A stretch of 64,000 nucleotides of DNA from the human T2T-CHM13v2.0 reference genome, Homo sapiens. Below the pieces are notes generated by a model, which had not been told where the DNA came from, did not search any database, and worked only from the letters and a program-made list of their open reading frames with translations. Location of the stretch: assembly GCF_009914755.1 (NCBI RefSeq), contig NC_060927.1. One strand, given 5' to 3'. The position numbers and the translations under genes were made by a program. Shown one piece after another: positions 40,330 through 53,519 of the stretch; within the stretch, counting starts at the first letter, position 1; each line of letters starts with the position of its first letter.

Positions 40330-40700
40330 TCACATCTTTCTCTTTCTGATTAATCATCCTTTCCCCTCTCTCTTTTATGCCTGCCCCTTTAGGTCTAAGT
40401 AAATTTTTTTTCTTAAAATATATCATTGCAGGTGCCCCTGCTGTGAAAATGGAAAGAAATGTAATGTTTTGGTCATGGGAGAGCTGCCAATTCCACAGTA
40501 CCAGCACAGTGAGAGTCATCCTTCATTTATTTCCCGCCTTCCCCTTTTTCGGATGTTGATGAGACATTAGTATGGCGCGAAGCCTGTTTGCTCCTTGCTG
40601 CATTTATTTTGTTAAGATTAGAGTTGCTAAGATACGGTAGTTATTTCAAATTGTAACCACTGATGCCAGTGGTCATAAAATAAGGTGCTGAAATTCCTTT
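40330..40700. promoter_or_regulatory. Candidate enhancer (E2F/RFX/posterior-HOX motifs)
   Basis: TTTCCCGCC 40530, TGGCGCGAA 40573, GTTGCTAAGATAC 40623, GGTCATAAAA 40671. Confidence 0.4.
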
Positions 40701-41249
40701 ATTTGCTAACGTTAATAAAAAAATTCTTGAGGGGGCAAGAGAATTTTCTGGCAAAAAAGGAACAGTACTCCAAGTGGCCTCTGTTATAGCACATAATTAG
40801 ATCCACTAGCCTAGCTGGTGTTGAGCTATTTTGGTGTAAAATCTAGAGAGAAGTTCTGGCTTCGAGTTGTTTATTAAGTTATTCTTTTAAAATAAAGGGT
40901 GTGGTCAGGTTGTGCAAATTTTACATCCCTTCTTCTATTTAGTTGTTTAAGCCAGGGGATTTTTTAGCCTGTTGCTAGTTATTCTTCTCTGTTCAATAAA
41001 TATTGTGAAGGATTTGGAGTTTTTAACACTTTCTCACAACTTCTTGAGTTGGGCCTCTTAATTCTTCTCATCTTGTGCTGCTGAAGCACCAAATCTCTCA
41101 CGTTCTATTGATTAATTCTACTCTCTTAGGATATAATTTGTAACTTGTAATTTTACTATTGCCAGCGACATTTTTTAGGTAATTGAGAAGTCATGCCCTG
41201 TGTTTTTATTGTTATTGACAATATTCGGTATTTTTCTTTTAATGAATCT

Positions 41250-41277
<28 letters not shown>
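41250..41277. repeat. (CA)n microsatellite
   Basis: About 14 CA units. Confidence 0.95.
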
Positions 41278-41283
<6 letters not shown>

Positions 41284-42339
41284 AACCTCAGAATGATTTC
41301 CAACGAGATTTAAATCAACTCCAGGACATTTCTTTGAGCTTTTAGATAAATATTTTCAACTAATACTTAAAAGAAAAACCATTAAACTATTCGGGTGGAA
41401 AAATAGTCTCTGAGCAGCCAGTTTGGCAAAGGTTTGTTCAGCGAATGTGTGTAATTTCAAATTACGCTGTGTTTTTATTTCACAAAAATTTCCAGCTTCC
41501 CTAGAACACTTCAAATACTAATATCCAGAGTTTCCACTGGCAATTCTTTTGTTTGTCCTGGAAGCATCTTGCAATTTGGGACTAAGAAAATATTGTGTTC
41601 TCTTTGGATTTACAGACATAAACATATGCATTTCTTCTTCAGCACACAGTTCTTTTCAGGGAAAGCCAGGTTGAATGGGCAGACTGTCAAATAGTAAGAA
41701 GGCTTCATCAAAAATATATAGTACATTTGGCTGAAAAAAATGGTCTCCAATAAAATTTAATCTATTTAGAGAAAGACAAACTATTAAGTAATGACATCCC
41801 AATGTGATTTGATTAAAAGTAATATTTTGTGAAATCACCATTTAAACGCCTTTCCAGAGAGACTTAGAGAATATGCTGTACACCGTTGAATCGTATTCAT
41901 TAAACCAAACTCGTAATACCCAGTGGAGCCTTATTGTACAACAGGCCTGTGGTTAATTGTAATTCCATTAGAGAAATTGCAAAAAGGTGGTTTCTGCCCA
42001 CATCTTTGGAGACAGAGCTACTCCTCAGGTTCTGTGGTTATTACTGTCTCAGAATTTTGAGATGCCAATGCTTTGTAGAGTTTCATTTCTAATATCTGAG
42101 TTCTTAGAACTCAATGTCCAGAAAGTAAAGTGATTTACTGCAGTCTTCAGTCTTCATTTTCTATGTTCATTGTTCACCTATGCCATAATAGGGGGACTAT
42201 CTGATTTTTTTATCTGACTATGCATCCCAAGATTTAAGGTTACAGATATATCAGGTATCTGTCTACTGGCATAATAGTGGGTATATATTAGATCAATGTA
42301 TTGGTCTACACTTTTTCATTCCCTTAAATAGTATTTTAT

Positions 42340-42769
42340 AGGCATAGCCTTGCTCTGGCCTCATGATGGTGGAGTGTACATTCCTGCTCCTTTCTGGAAG
42401 GCTTAGTGGCTTGACTTGGCCAACATAAACAATATGATGACAGCAATATACCTGCAAATTTAGGTTCTGCTTTTGCATTGAGAATATTATAATATTGCCA
42501 TTACTTTTAATGGCAAAACCCGCAATTACTTTTGCCCCAACCTAATACCATACCTAAGTAGTTGCTCGTCTAAGGAAGATGAGGAACCTGTAGAACGGAC
42601 CTAGGCACACCTGCAGCTTTGAGTCAAACCCTACTGCACCTGATTCAGATTAGCCAAACTGCAGCTGACTCATAGATAAGCAAGAAAGAAATAAATGCTT
42701 GTTGTTATTTGCCATTGAAATTTGGGATGTCTTGTTACACTGTAATTATGGCAATATTTAACCAATACA
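42340..42769 (+). mobile_element. MLT1 (I/K-like) solo LTR with nested MADE1
   Basis: gacttggccaa...cctgcagc...agaaataaatgcttgttgtt...gccattgaaattt...ttgttacac...aaccaataca. Confidence 0.75.
42495..42547. mobile_element. MADE1, partial
   Basis: ttgccattacttttaatggcaaaacccgcaattacttttgccccaacctaata. Confidence 0.92.
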
Positions 42770-43337
42770 GTGTGCCAATTTTACTTCCTTAACTGTCTTC
42801 AAAACACGTGTTAAGGAACTAAAATTGAAGGCAAAACAAGTGCCTTCAATTCTGCATATGTGAGGAGGCAAAAGGAGTTTCTCCTGTTATTATTAAGTCT
42901 TTCAATTCTAAGCTAGCTCTGAAGCTGCAGCTTGAATTCAGCTCATATAGATCTGAAAAGTTTTAATAAAGTTATGAGTCATGTGTAATTGACCAATGTC
43001 CTGAACCTGTTACTTGGCAAAATTGAACAAAATGGGGGAATTCTGCAAACCCATAGTTTCAGTGGAATTCTTATCCAATGTATGACTTAGGCTTAAAGTA
43101 TATGTATCGTATGCTGTGATTTTCCATTGGTGTATGGTGTGGCGTACAATTCTCCCATAAGCCTTTCATAGGTGTCACCCCATTTGCTTCAGTGTATGAC
43201 TTTTTTAGACAATTGGGTGTTGGGGAGTGGGTCTTAACTGAGGACATAAACTATTGTGGTAATAACTGTCGATGGATTATGGAGTCAAGTGGTTCAATTA
43301 AGATGGGTCAGAGAGAATAATAAGTTACAAACGTGAT

Positions 43338-43495
43338 TCAAGGTTACAATTGCAAAAGCTAAGTGAGGCTAGGCAAACAATATAAATCAATAAAGTGGGC
43401 CAGATAACAGGAATGAGATATCCATGGTAAACTGGAGAAGATGTGCCCCATTTATAGGAGGTAACTATTTGGTTCCAACTAATTTCATCATTCAG
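43338..43495 (+). mobile_element. MER102-like hAT fragment
   Basis: aagtgggccag...atggtaaactggagaagatgtgccccatttataggagg...ttccaac. Confidence 0.6.
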
Positions 43496-43524
43496 GCACT
43501 GTATTGCCCTATATTTATTTATTT

Positions 43525-44577
<1,053 letters not shown>

Positions 44578-46252
44578 GAAAATATTTTATCCAGATGTTG
44601 AAATCTGAACATAAATACTCAATAAGACTATACCATAACCCATTTAGAAAGATGTGAAACTCTTGTATTAAATAAGCTTAAGTGAAAAAAATTCTGTTCC
44701 TGGAGATAAAACTTTTTAAACATACTAAAAATGTATAATCTCTTTTAAAAACAAAACAAAGTCCAGAAGCTTTCCTAGTATGCTCTGTGGCATAATATAG
44801 CTAGCTCAGAAGATTCAAAAAAAGGGTTAACAAATGCAGAGATAAGACTAATTATGAATCTGTACAGTTTGATTCAGATAACAGTTATTTAGTAGGCATA
44901 TTTATATTTTTAATATTCTTTTCAGAGCATTAAAATTTTTTGGTAATTGTACATAACAAAACCCAGTTCCAATTACACAAAAAAAAATTGTATGCTAACT
45001 AGTAATGATAAAACATTAGTGTCAATTGCATGATTTTAACAGCTGTGAAGTCTGCATTTGAATTCTGTTAAGTTTAATGGATAAATTAAAGTCATATTTT
45101 AAGACTACTTAAGGGATTCTTTTTTCAAAAAATCTCAACCCCAAACATTCTAAAATTGCATATTTTTATTCAATCCATGCAATTATTCTCAATTATTATT
45201 TTGTTTTGTACAAGTTGTACATTATTATAAACAGATGTGAGCATGAACTGAAATAACATGATCCATTTTAGACACAAAGGGCGTAAAAGAAAAATAGACC
45301 TTCTTTTGGGCTTTCCTTCCACTAAACTTTGGGGAAAATTAGTTTTCACTTAGAGAGCTTTTGGAACAATAAATACAAATCTATTTTCCCTAATGGTGAG
45401 GTGGCAGAGGTTATCATACTTAGCAAACCAAAAGTGGAAAACAATTTTCCACTATGAAATCAGGGACTACCTAGAAGTTTACTATTTAAGTTTATCACAG
45501 TGGTAGATAATCTTTTTCTTAAGATTATAAAATGAAAAGCAGAAGTTCTGTCATGACGCACTCTACTCAATAGAGATATTCTATCACCTCTCCATAGTAA
45601 CTAAACAGTTGGTAGCTTCTTGTGCATTCTTCTATACAAGATTTATGCATACATGTCTTTATTTATGCATCCCTTATTTCTGTTTAAAAAACTGAGAGCA
45701 TATTATATAAAATTGTCATTGTATTTCCTTTTCCGACTGTAACATTCCTCTGTAATGGTTTCCTAATATTCCTATTATGAATGTGCAATAATGTATTTGA
45801 CCAGTAATAGACTGATGGACATTTAGATTGTTCTTTATAATTTTACAACAATACTTTTTGAAATGAGTGGAAAATCAGCTTGAGAAAGAGAGAAACGCAG
45901 GTAAAACCTGTGGAACAATTGAAAGTTCAACTAATGAAACAGTGAACTAGTGGAATTCTTAAACCATGCTGCTCCTTTGGTATCAAAGAAGTTAATTTGA
46001 TTTATGTTATCTAAAAAAAGAAAAGTAAAAACTTAAAATATTAGTAAACTATAAGATGAATAGTAGCTTAGTGGACCAATGACACATAAATTTTTGTAAA
46101 ACAAAACTTCTATGAAAAAACATACATACTGTGATTTCATAGTCAGTAAAAGTGCAGAAATAAAAGGACCAAAGAAGAGGCTTGGCTGTTCTTGACATTT
46201 GGTTCATAATAAGCAGATATGGAATAAGCATTTTGGTTCTGTGATTCAGTAA

Positions 46253-46584
46253 TTTTTTTTTCTTCTTTATTTTAGAGACAGAATCTTGCTCTGTTGCCCA
46301 GGCAGTGGTATGAGCACAGTTAACTGCAGCCTTGACCACCTGGGCTCAAGTGATCCTCCTGCCTCAGTCCTGCAGCCTCAGTCCTCCTGCCTCAGTCCTC
46401 CTGCCTCCTAGTCCTGCAGCTAGGACTGCAGGCATGCACCACCAAGCCTGGCTATTTTTTTTTCCTGTGGAGGTGGGGTCTCATTATGTTGCACAGGCTG
46501 GTCTTGAACTGCTGGGCTCAAGTATTCCCTCAACTTTGGCCTCTCAAGGGGAGGATTACAGGTATGATCCCCCGTACCCAGCCA
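46253..46584 (-). mobile_element. AluJ with internal 14-bp tandem expansion
   Basis: Reverse Alu containing about 4 copies of tcctcctgcctcag (46354-46409). Confidence 0.93.
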
Positions 46585-47424
46585 GGGGGCTATTTTTCAA
46601 CTACAGCTTATGTGCCCTCTGAACATTAGGAATTGGGAAATGATCAATGCACACCAATTGATGGAAGCCTCCATAACTTTAGAAAATGCTTTAACTTCTT
46701 GTTTAGGTGCAAACTGTGTGGATCCTGAGCATTTACAGGAAAAAAATTCTAATTACAGGGAGAATTGGTAAACTTTTTACAACACGTAATTGAAAATCAA
46801 GATCTACCCACTTTTCTTTCTCCACTGGCATTGAACCAGTTTATAGGTGTAATAGTACCACCCCAAATTATTTTTTTGATACACATAGTAACAATATACT
46901 TAGAAATTCAGGGTTTTAGGTAATGGAGCAAGAACTAACAAGGTCAAATGATTTTATCTATTGCTTTCCCCATGGTTACGAATGACTCTTTAAGATGGAT
47001 CCTTTTTATTCAGAGGGAAACATTAAAACTTTAGTTGTAAAGTTTTTGTTTCTAATAAAAATGAAGCCACTTTCTGGGAATCAAGATGACACCTTTGTTG
47101 TGGATTTTCTAAGTCAGACAGAGAGAAATGTACTCGTTATGTGAAAGACATAGTTTGGCCTTTTTAGCAATCTTCCCTATGATGATCTATTATATAAACT
47201 AATCTCTAAGATTCCTTTAAAATGCCATGCTGACTGTAAACTGCAATTAATAAAAGCTTATGCTCTCAATTCTAATTTAAGGAGGTATATTAACTCTTTG
47301 AGGGTCTCAGGACCTCATTTAGTTCATTTAGTTCTTCTTAAGTGCCATGTATTGAAACCCTAGTGACTTTAAAGAAATTAATACAATATTGGAAAACCTA
47401 TGCTATGCCACTTGCTGCTCCATC

Positions 47425-47461
47425 AGTAAATAATGGGAAAGTAAAGTAAATAATGGGAAAG
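47425..47461 (+). repeat. Short tandem duplication (20-bp period)
   Basis: agtaaataatgggaaag x2. Confidence 0.9.
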
Positions 47462-48399
47462 GAAATCCTCAAGCCATGAGATGCGTCCCTCCTTCCCTCC
47501 TTTTCTAGCAGTATGGGGAAGCAATGGAAAGGGTCAGATGGCATTATTGGCCTTCTAGGTCATTCTAACTGTCAGGAAGTCCCCTATTAATCATTTACTT
47601 CCAAGTTAAGAGTTCTCTAAACATATGTAATATACTAATACTGGAATGCAAAGTAGATGGGCTGTTTCACCTATGTCTGCAACTAGAAGCTTAAATAAAC
47701 TTCTGTAGATGGATGCTTGGGATTTCAGCACATGTTCTCACTTCCCTGGGAAATGGATTATAATTGGTCCACCCTGTGAAGCACAAGGAAAAGCCCGACT
47801 ATGGGCTGAGCGAAGGAGAGGAGGGCAAGTCCAGTGGTGGAGAGAATATCATAATAATTCAGAGATCTGATGGCGAAAAGCAGGATTAGAGCATAGACCA
47901 TGAAAAATGAGAGAGGATATTTATATACTGTTTAAAGCCAGCGCTACTTTTCTAGAAAATGATTTGATAATACATGTCATGATTATCATAGGAAATTTTG
48001 TGAACTATACATTTGGTCTTCCCTATACTTGGGACAGGTTTCTTTGGCAAACCCTTCCCCATTCCTTAAAACCTGGCACATCTGGCCATTCAGAAAAGTT
48101 CAAGAATAGACTTCTTTGGTAATTTGGTAATGGAGATATTGGGGAAGAATCTTCCCTTTTTGGATCATGGGTTTTAAGGAATTAGGTTTAGGAATGTCAG
48201 TAGCCATCATTTCTTTTGCAGAGAACCTGTTCATGGCAGGAGAGAATGTGGCCAAGAAGCAAAGAAGAATCACAAATGAGCAGAGCTGTAAGATGGACAA
48301 AGAGAGGAAGGGAGGAAGGGAAAGAAGGGAAGAAGGAAGGAAGGGAGGGAGAACTGGAAAATCAATTAGAGGAAGATACGCTTTGCAATGCCATCAAAA

Positions 48400-49245
48400 C
48401 CCATGAAATACTGAGGAAGAGATTTAAGGAAGTATATGTGAGGCCTGAACACTAAAAGCTATGAAACATTGCTTAGAGAAGTTAAAGACTACCTAAATTA
48501 ATGGAGATACATACTTTATTCATGCATCGGAAGACTCAATACTGTTAGCATGACAATCCTCTGCCAAATGACTTATGTATTCAGTGCAATCCCAATAAAA
48601 ATCCCAGCAGCAGGCATGTGTAGAAATGCAATAGATCTAGGTAAGCCTTAACCATTTTGAAACAGAACACAACAGAAAGGCTTTTACTATTTGATTTCCA
48701 AAGTTGCAATAAAGCTATAATAATCATGACAGCATGGTATTGGTGTAAGGATAGACATATACATCAATAAGACTCAATGAAGAGTTCGGAAATAAAGCTA
48801 TGTAACTATGGTCAATTGATTTTTGACAAAGATGTCAAGGTAATTAAATGGGGGAAATGGAGAGTCTTTTCATTAGATGGTGCTAGAAGAACATCTGGAT
48901 ATTCATAAGGAAAAGTTAAATGAATCCCAACTTTCATTTCACATCATAGACAAAAAAATTAATTTGAAATGGATCATCGATCTAAATGTAAGGCAAAAAC
49001 TATCATGTTCTAGAATAAAATATAGGAGAAAATATTTGCAACTTTGAGCAATAGGGTGGGCAACAATTTCTTAGATCAGACACCAAAAGCATGAGCCATA
49101 AAACTTAATAAATTGGCTTTCATCAAAATTATAAATCTTTGCTCTTTGAAAAATACCATCAAGAAAATAAAAAGCGAGCATATATGAAGAGAATATTTAC
49201 AGTTCATTTATTGGAAAAATAACTTCAATTGAGAATACAGAAATA
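48400..49245 (+). mobile_element. L1M ORF2 fragment
   Basis: ggaagactcaatactgtt...gcaatcccaataaaaatcccagcag...ggtattggtgtaaggatagacatat...ttgatttttgacaaagatg...aaatggatcat. Confidence 0.9.
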
Positions 49246-50144
49246 TGTATTTACAGAGAGAGAGAGAGAGATTTACTTACGTTGTTACAACCTCTGGGTT
49301 CAACCGAAACTGAAGATAGATCCATTTCTAGACTATCCAGTCACATGAGCTAGTAGAGTCTCATTTTTTTAAGTTAGTATGATCTGAATTTCTATCCATT
49401 GCAAACAGGGAATACTGATTGGCACAATCTTTTAAAATATTCATATGCTCTGACTTAGCTCTCACACTACTGGAAATTTATAGAAAGTAAAAAGAAACTA
49501 TGCAGTCAAAGCTTTATGTATAAGAATGTGAATTGAAGCATGTTTTTAATAGCGAAAACTTTAAAATTATAAAAATAACAAACAATAGGGAAATGGAACC
49601 TTGCAAAAAGTGTTATTTAGCCAATAAAATATAACCATAGAAGGAGGCACACAAAAACGCTGAGAGCAGGTGATGACCCTATGATTGAATTTTTCTTTAA
49701 TTTTTTAAATTAAATTAAATTTTTCTTCAATTTCTTTAATTTTTTCACAGTGAATCTCTTATTTTTATCATTGAAATTTAAATATATATTTGAAAAACTG
49801 CTAAAAAGATAAAGAAGGGTGCAAGATATATAATAAAGGTACTCAAGTTAGTGCTAATTAGAGAAAGATACAGTTGATGTGCTTATCAGGTCAGTTTGCT
49901 CATTGAAATTATACGGTACCTCCTGCTAGCACTCAGTTTATATTCTGAATGTCTCAGGATGGCAGACAAGGCCCTTTTTCATATGTTGTCCTTTTTCCAG
50001 TTACAACCTGAGCTCTAGCCATTTCCCAGAACACATTCTATTCATAGTCTATGCTAAAAACCTACAAGAAAGAGGTAAGAGTTGGAATTTCACATTACTT
50101 TGGGAGAAAACTGACATTTATCCATTTAAAGAAAGTAAGCACCA

Positions 50145-50256
50145 TCTTTTGACTCCAGCTCTTTAGAGGATCTAAAGTGACCTTGATAGACAGTGGAAGA
50201 AATCACAACATGGAATTCCTTGAATAAAAATTTATTGACTTTTAAAAAAAAAAAAG
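50145..50256 (+). pseudogene. 5'-truncated processed pseudogene (mRNA 3'-UTR end plus poly(A))
   Basis: Perfect 17-bp TSD aaagaaagtaagcacca (50128-50144, 50257-50273); AATAAA 50223-50228; A12 tail 50244-50255; TT/AAAG L1-EN site. Confidence 0.85.
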
Positions 50257-50496
50257 AAAGAAAGTAAGCACCAAACCTCACACCCAGGTCTGGGAGGTAG
50301 CACGCAAGCACTTGAAGGGCAGGGAGTCTGTCTGCTCTATTCATGGCTGTTTCAGAAATCAGAGCCATGCAGGGCTTTCTGGATTACCCCTCTGTGAAAT
50401 ATTTTTAATTTACTCCTCCAAATTCACTTTCTGCTTTCTTTTAACCATCTCTACACCCTGAAAGTCTGACGTGTAAGGTCTTCATCAGTGGGCTCC

Positions 50497-51313
50497 CATA
50501 TTAGTTTCCCATGGCTACTGTAACAAAGTGCCACAAACTGGGTGGCATAAAATAACAGAAATGTATTGTTGTATTAGTCTGTTTTCATACCGGTATAAAA
50601 ACTGACCGAGACTGGGTCATTTATAAAGGAAAGAGGTTTGATTGACTCACAGTTCAGCACAGCTGGGGAGGTCTCAGGAAACTTACAATCATGGTGGAAG
50701 GTGGAGGGGAAGCAAGGCACCTTCTTCACAAGGAAGCAGGAAGGAGAAGTGCCAAGTGAAGGGGAAAGAGGCACTTATAAAACCATCAGATCTCATGAGA
50801 ACCCACTCACTATCACGAGAACAGCGTGATCCAATTACCTCTATCTGATCTCTCCCTTGACACATGGGGATTATAGGTTATAATTCAAAATGAGATTTGG
50901 GTGGGGACACAAAACCCAACCATATCAATTGGCTTACAGTTCTAAAGGCTAGAATCTGAAATCAAGGTGTCGGCAGAGCCATGTTCCCTCTGAAACATCC
51001 TGCCCTCTTCCTAACTTCTAGTGGTTTGCCAGCAATCACAGGCATTCCTTAGTTTGCAGCTGCCTAACTCCAATCTCTGCCTTTGTCATCGTACGGCATT
51101 TCCCCTGTGTGTGTCTGTGTCTTCCCATCGCCACTTCTTATAAGGATGCCAGTCATATTGGATTTAGGGGCCCACTCTACTCCGGTACGACTTTATCTTA
51201 AGTTAGCTAATTACATCTGCAACAACCCTATTTCCAAATAAAGTCTCATTATGAGGTAATGGGGGTTAGTACCTCAACATATTTTTTACATCCCCTCAGT
51301 TCAACTCGTAACA
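50497..51313 (-). mobile_element. MLT1C-like MaLR LTR (split by THE1)
   Basis: attagtttcc...taacaaagtgccacaaactgggtggc...; ...gaaatcaaggtgtcggcagagccatg...cagtcatattggatttagggg...ctatttccaaataaagtc...cagttcaactcgtaaca. Confidence 0.85.
50570..50927 (-). mobile_element. THE1 (C/D-like) solo LTR
   Basis: tgtattagtc...aaaaccatcagatctcatgaga...gagatttgggtggggacac...ccatatca; TSD attgt/attgg. Confidence 0.92.
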
Positions 51314-52469
51314 GCCCCATTCCCTATCATCTTCTGATTGTGTTAAGTCAAGGGCTAGGAGTCCCTATCATGAGACCAGAGGATGGGAGGAAGGGAAGGT
51401 ATGCATATTTTATTTATTTATTAATCTTTCCTTTCAGGTTCCCTAGTGGCTGCATCACTCCATGAAAGGTTACAACTTCTGTCAGACTGCCCTCTTTATA
51501 CAGCTGTTCTCTCCAGATTCAGCACCTGGGATACCTATAACTTATCCCTCCCCTTTCACTTTCAGATTTAGGGATGGTAATGAACTCACTTCTCAATTAT
51601 TGCTAGCTCCAAGGTACTATTGTCCCTCTTGGTGGGTTCCCAGACATCTGCCCACCCTTTTAAAAGCAGTCCCTTTATAAACTCTCCTCCAGTTAGAGAA
51701 TGTACCATCTTTTCCTGCTGAGATCAGGACCAATATACTTCTAGCTGATGGAGAAACTGAGTCCAGGGAAGATAAGTGATTTTCTCAAGTTTATAATATT
51801 TGCAGAACTTGTGGGCCCCAGGTCTCTTGAAAAATTCCGCTTGACATGAAACAGACCTTGCACAAATTATTCAAACAGTAAGAATATAAGCACTTCAACG
51901 TTTATTTAAAGTTCAATTCCATTAATTTTAGAAAAAAGGCACAAAAATCAGATGTCCATTAGCAGATAATATTGTATTTCAGTTTGGTTCCCTTATGCAT
52001 TGCTTGAAATTTACTCAAAGACATTTGGTGGTCAAAGCTTTGAATCATTCACAAGAGTCAATCTTGGATTCTTAAAATCAAAGCCATGCTATCTCTTTTA
52101 AGAGAGTTAGTGCAGTGTGGCTTTCTCCTTATTGCTCTCTTGGCTTGTCCCTTCATCATAATCTAACAACTATGCTTCAAAAAAAGTTGATGTGAACATG
52201 CATATGTTTAATCTGAAACCTCAGTAGCTTCACTCTCACTGTATCAGCTGCAGCCATCTAGCACTTCAGATGCAACTTCCCTCCATGCTTGTGTTTGTAC
52301 TTTCCTTGATTCATTCTCTATATCCTGATTAATAATTACATTTCAATTTCCGTGGTAATGACTCACTTCCATATCATTGCTAGTTCCAAGGTACCATGCT
52401 CACCCTTTTTGGTTTCCCTGACATCCCTGCCTGAATGGGCTTTCTTCACTTTCAACAATTTCTACCATA

Positions 52470-52983
52470 AGTGCAGGACCAGCCAAAACTGGCCTTATTT
52501 TGTTGAAAACAGAATGCCAAGTTATCTTGCAGATGTAGCAAAGCCAAAACTGCAAGTCATATAACCTGGGCATGTGCAGAGGAGGAAAGCCTTAACCTCA
52601 AATAGCATTTGAAACCAAGATTTCCTCCCCGTGGAACCAAGAAGACTAGGATGTGACTGGAACCTGAATGCCCGAACCCTTTTAGAAACAAGGGGTTTGT
52701 TATCCAAGAAGATCCGGGGCAGAAATCCACTGTTTCATACCTTACCATAAACGGCCAAGTTTAAAGCCCTTGAACTCTGCCCTGCCAGCACTTCTGCATA
52801 CCAACCTGTCCTTCCTTACCCATAAGAGTTTGATCTAACCCCAGATAGAGGAGACGGATTTGAGCCATTCCTCATGTGTCCTTGCTGGTCAATCTCACGA
52901 TAAAGCCTTTTCTTTTCTCAAAAGCTGGTGCGACAGTATTGCCTTCTATGTGTGTTGAGCAGCAAGGCCACTGCTCGGTAACA
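52470..52983 (+). mobile_element. ERV1-class solo LTR (family not assigned)
   Basis: LTR-like body with gagacggatttgag, ataaagccttttcttttctcaaaagc and terminal gctcggtaaca; 5' boundary uncertain. Confidence 0.7.
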
Positions 52984-53519
52984 ATACTTTCAATAGAATT
53001 ATCAAATAAAGATGAAAGAACAAAAATCATATGATGAAAGGATGAAAATGCATGAATAATTATACCAATAACGTGAGACTGAAAACAGGCAGTGAAGCTT
53101 CAAACAAAATTTAACTCTGAGTTTCCAAGGAGCCAACGCAAAATAGAAAATGATGCATTGCTGAGCCTCACCATCTGATAACATAAGTTTTGATGAGAAA
53201 AATATAACGGACAATAACTTCAATCAGTGTTCTTTAAAAGATGCGGATGCATTCTTAATAAGACTGTAGAAATGAAATAAGACCAGTTATAGTAAATGCA
53301 GAGCTCTTCAGTGTTTATTATGGGGATGGCTTGGGGGCTCTGGAATGCCGTTTCATGTGGGCCTTATTTACTGTCATAATAAAGGAATTTTGAAGTTATT
53401 TCCAAATGAAGTTGCATGTAATATTATATTACAGAAATATTCTGCTAGGTTCAAAGCAAGCAGTCATTGACTCTCAAATTTTACACTTGTGTCACATAAC
53501 AGGGTTGGCGCATGCACCA

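Larger units (their letters stand above)
50380..51737 (+). mobile_element. LTR33-like ERVL LTR split by MLT1C/THE1
   Basis: atcagtgggctccc left of the insert; ggctgcatc...tttagggatggtaatg...ttgctagctcca...ctgcccaccc...gtccctttataaactctcctc...ccatcttttcctgctg right of it. Confidence 0.6.

Noticed and set aside
51518-51540. REST/RE1-like ttcagcacctgggatacc
   Set aside because: Only the left half-site matches well.
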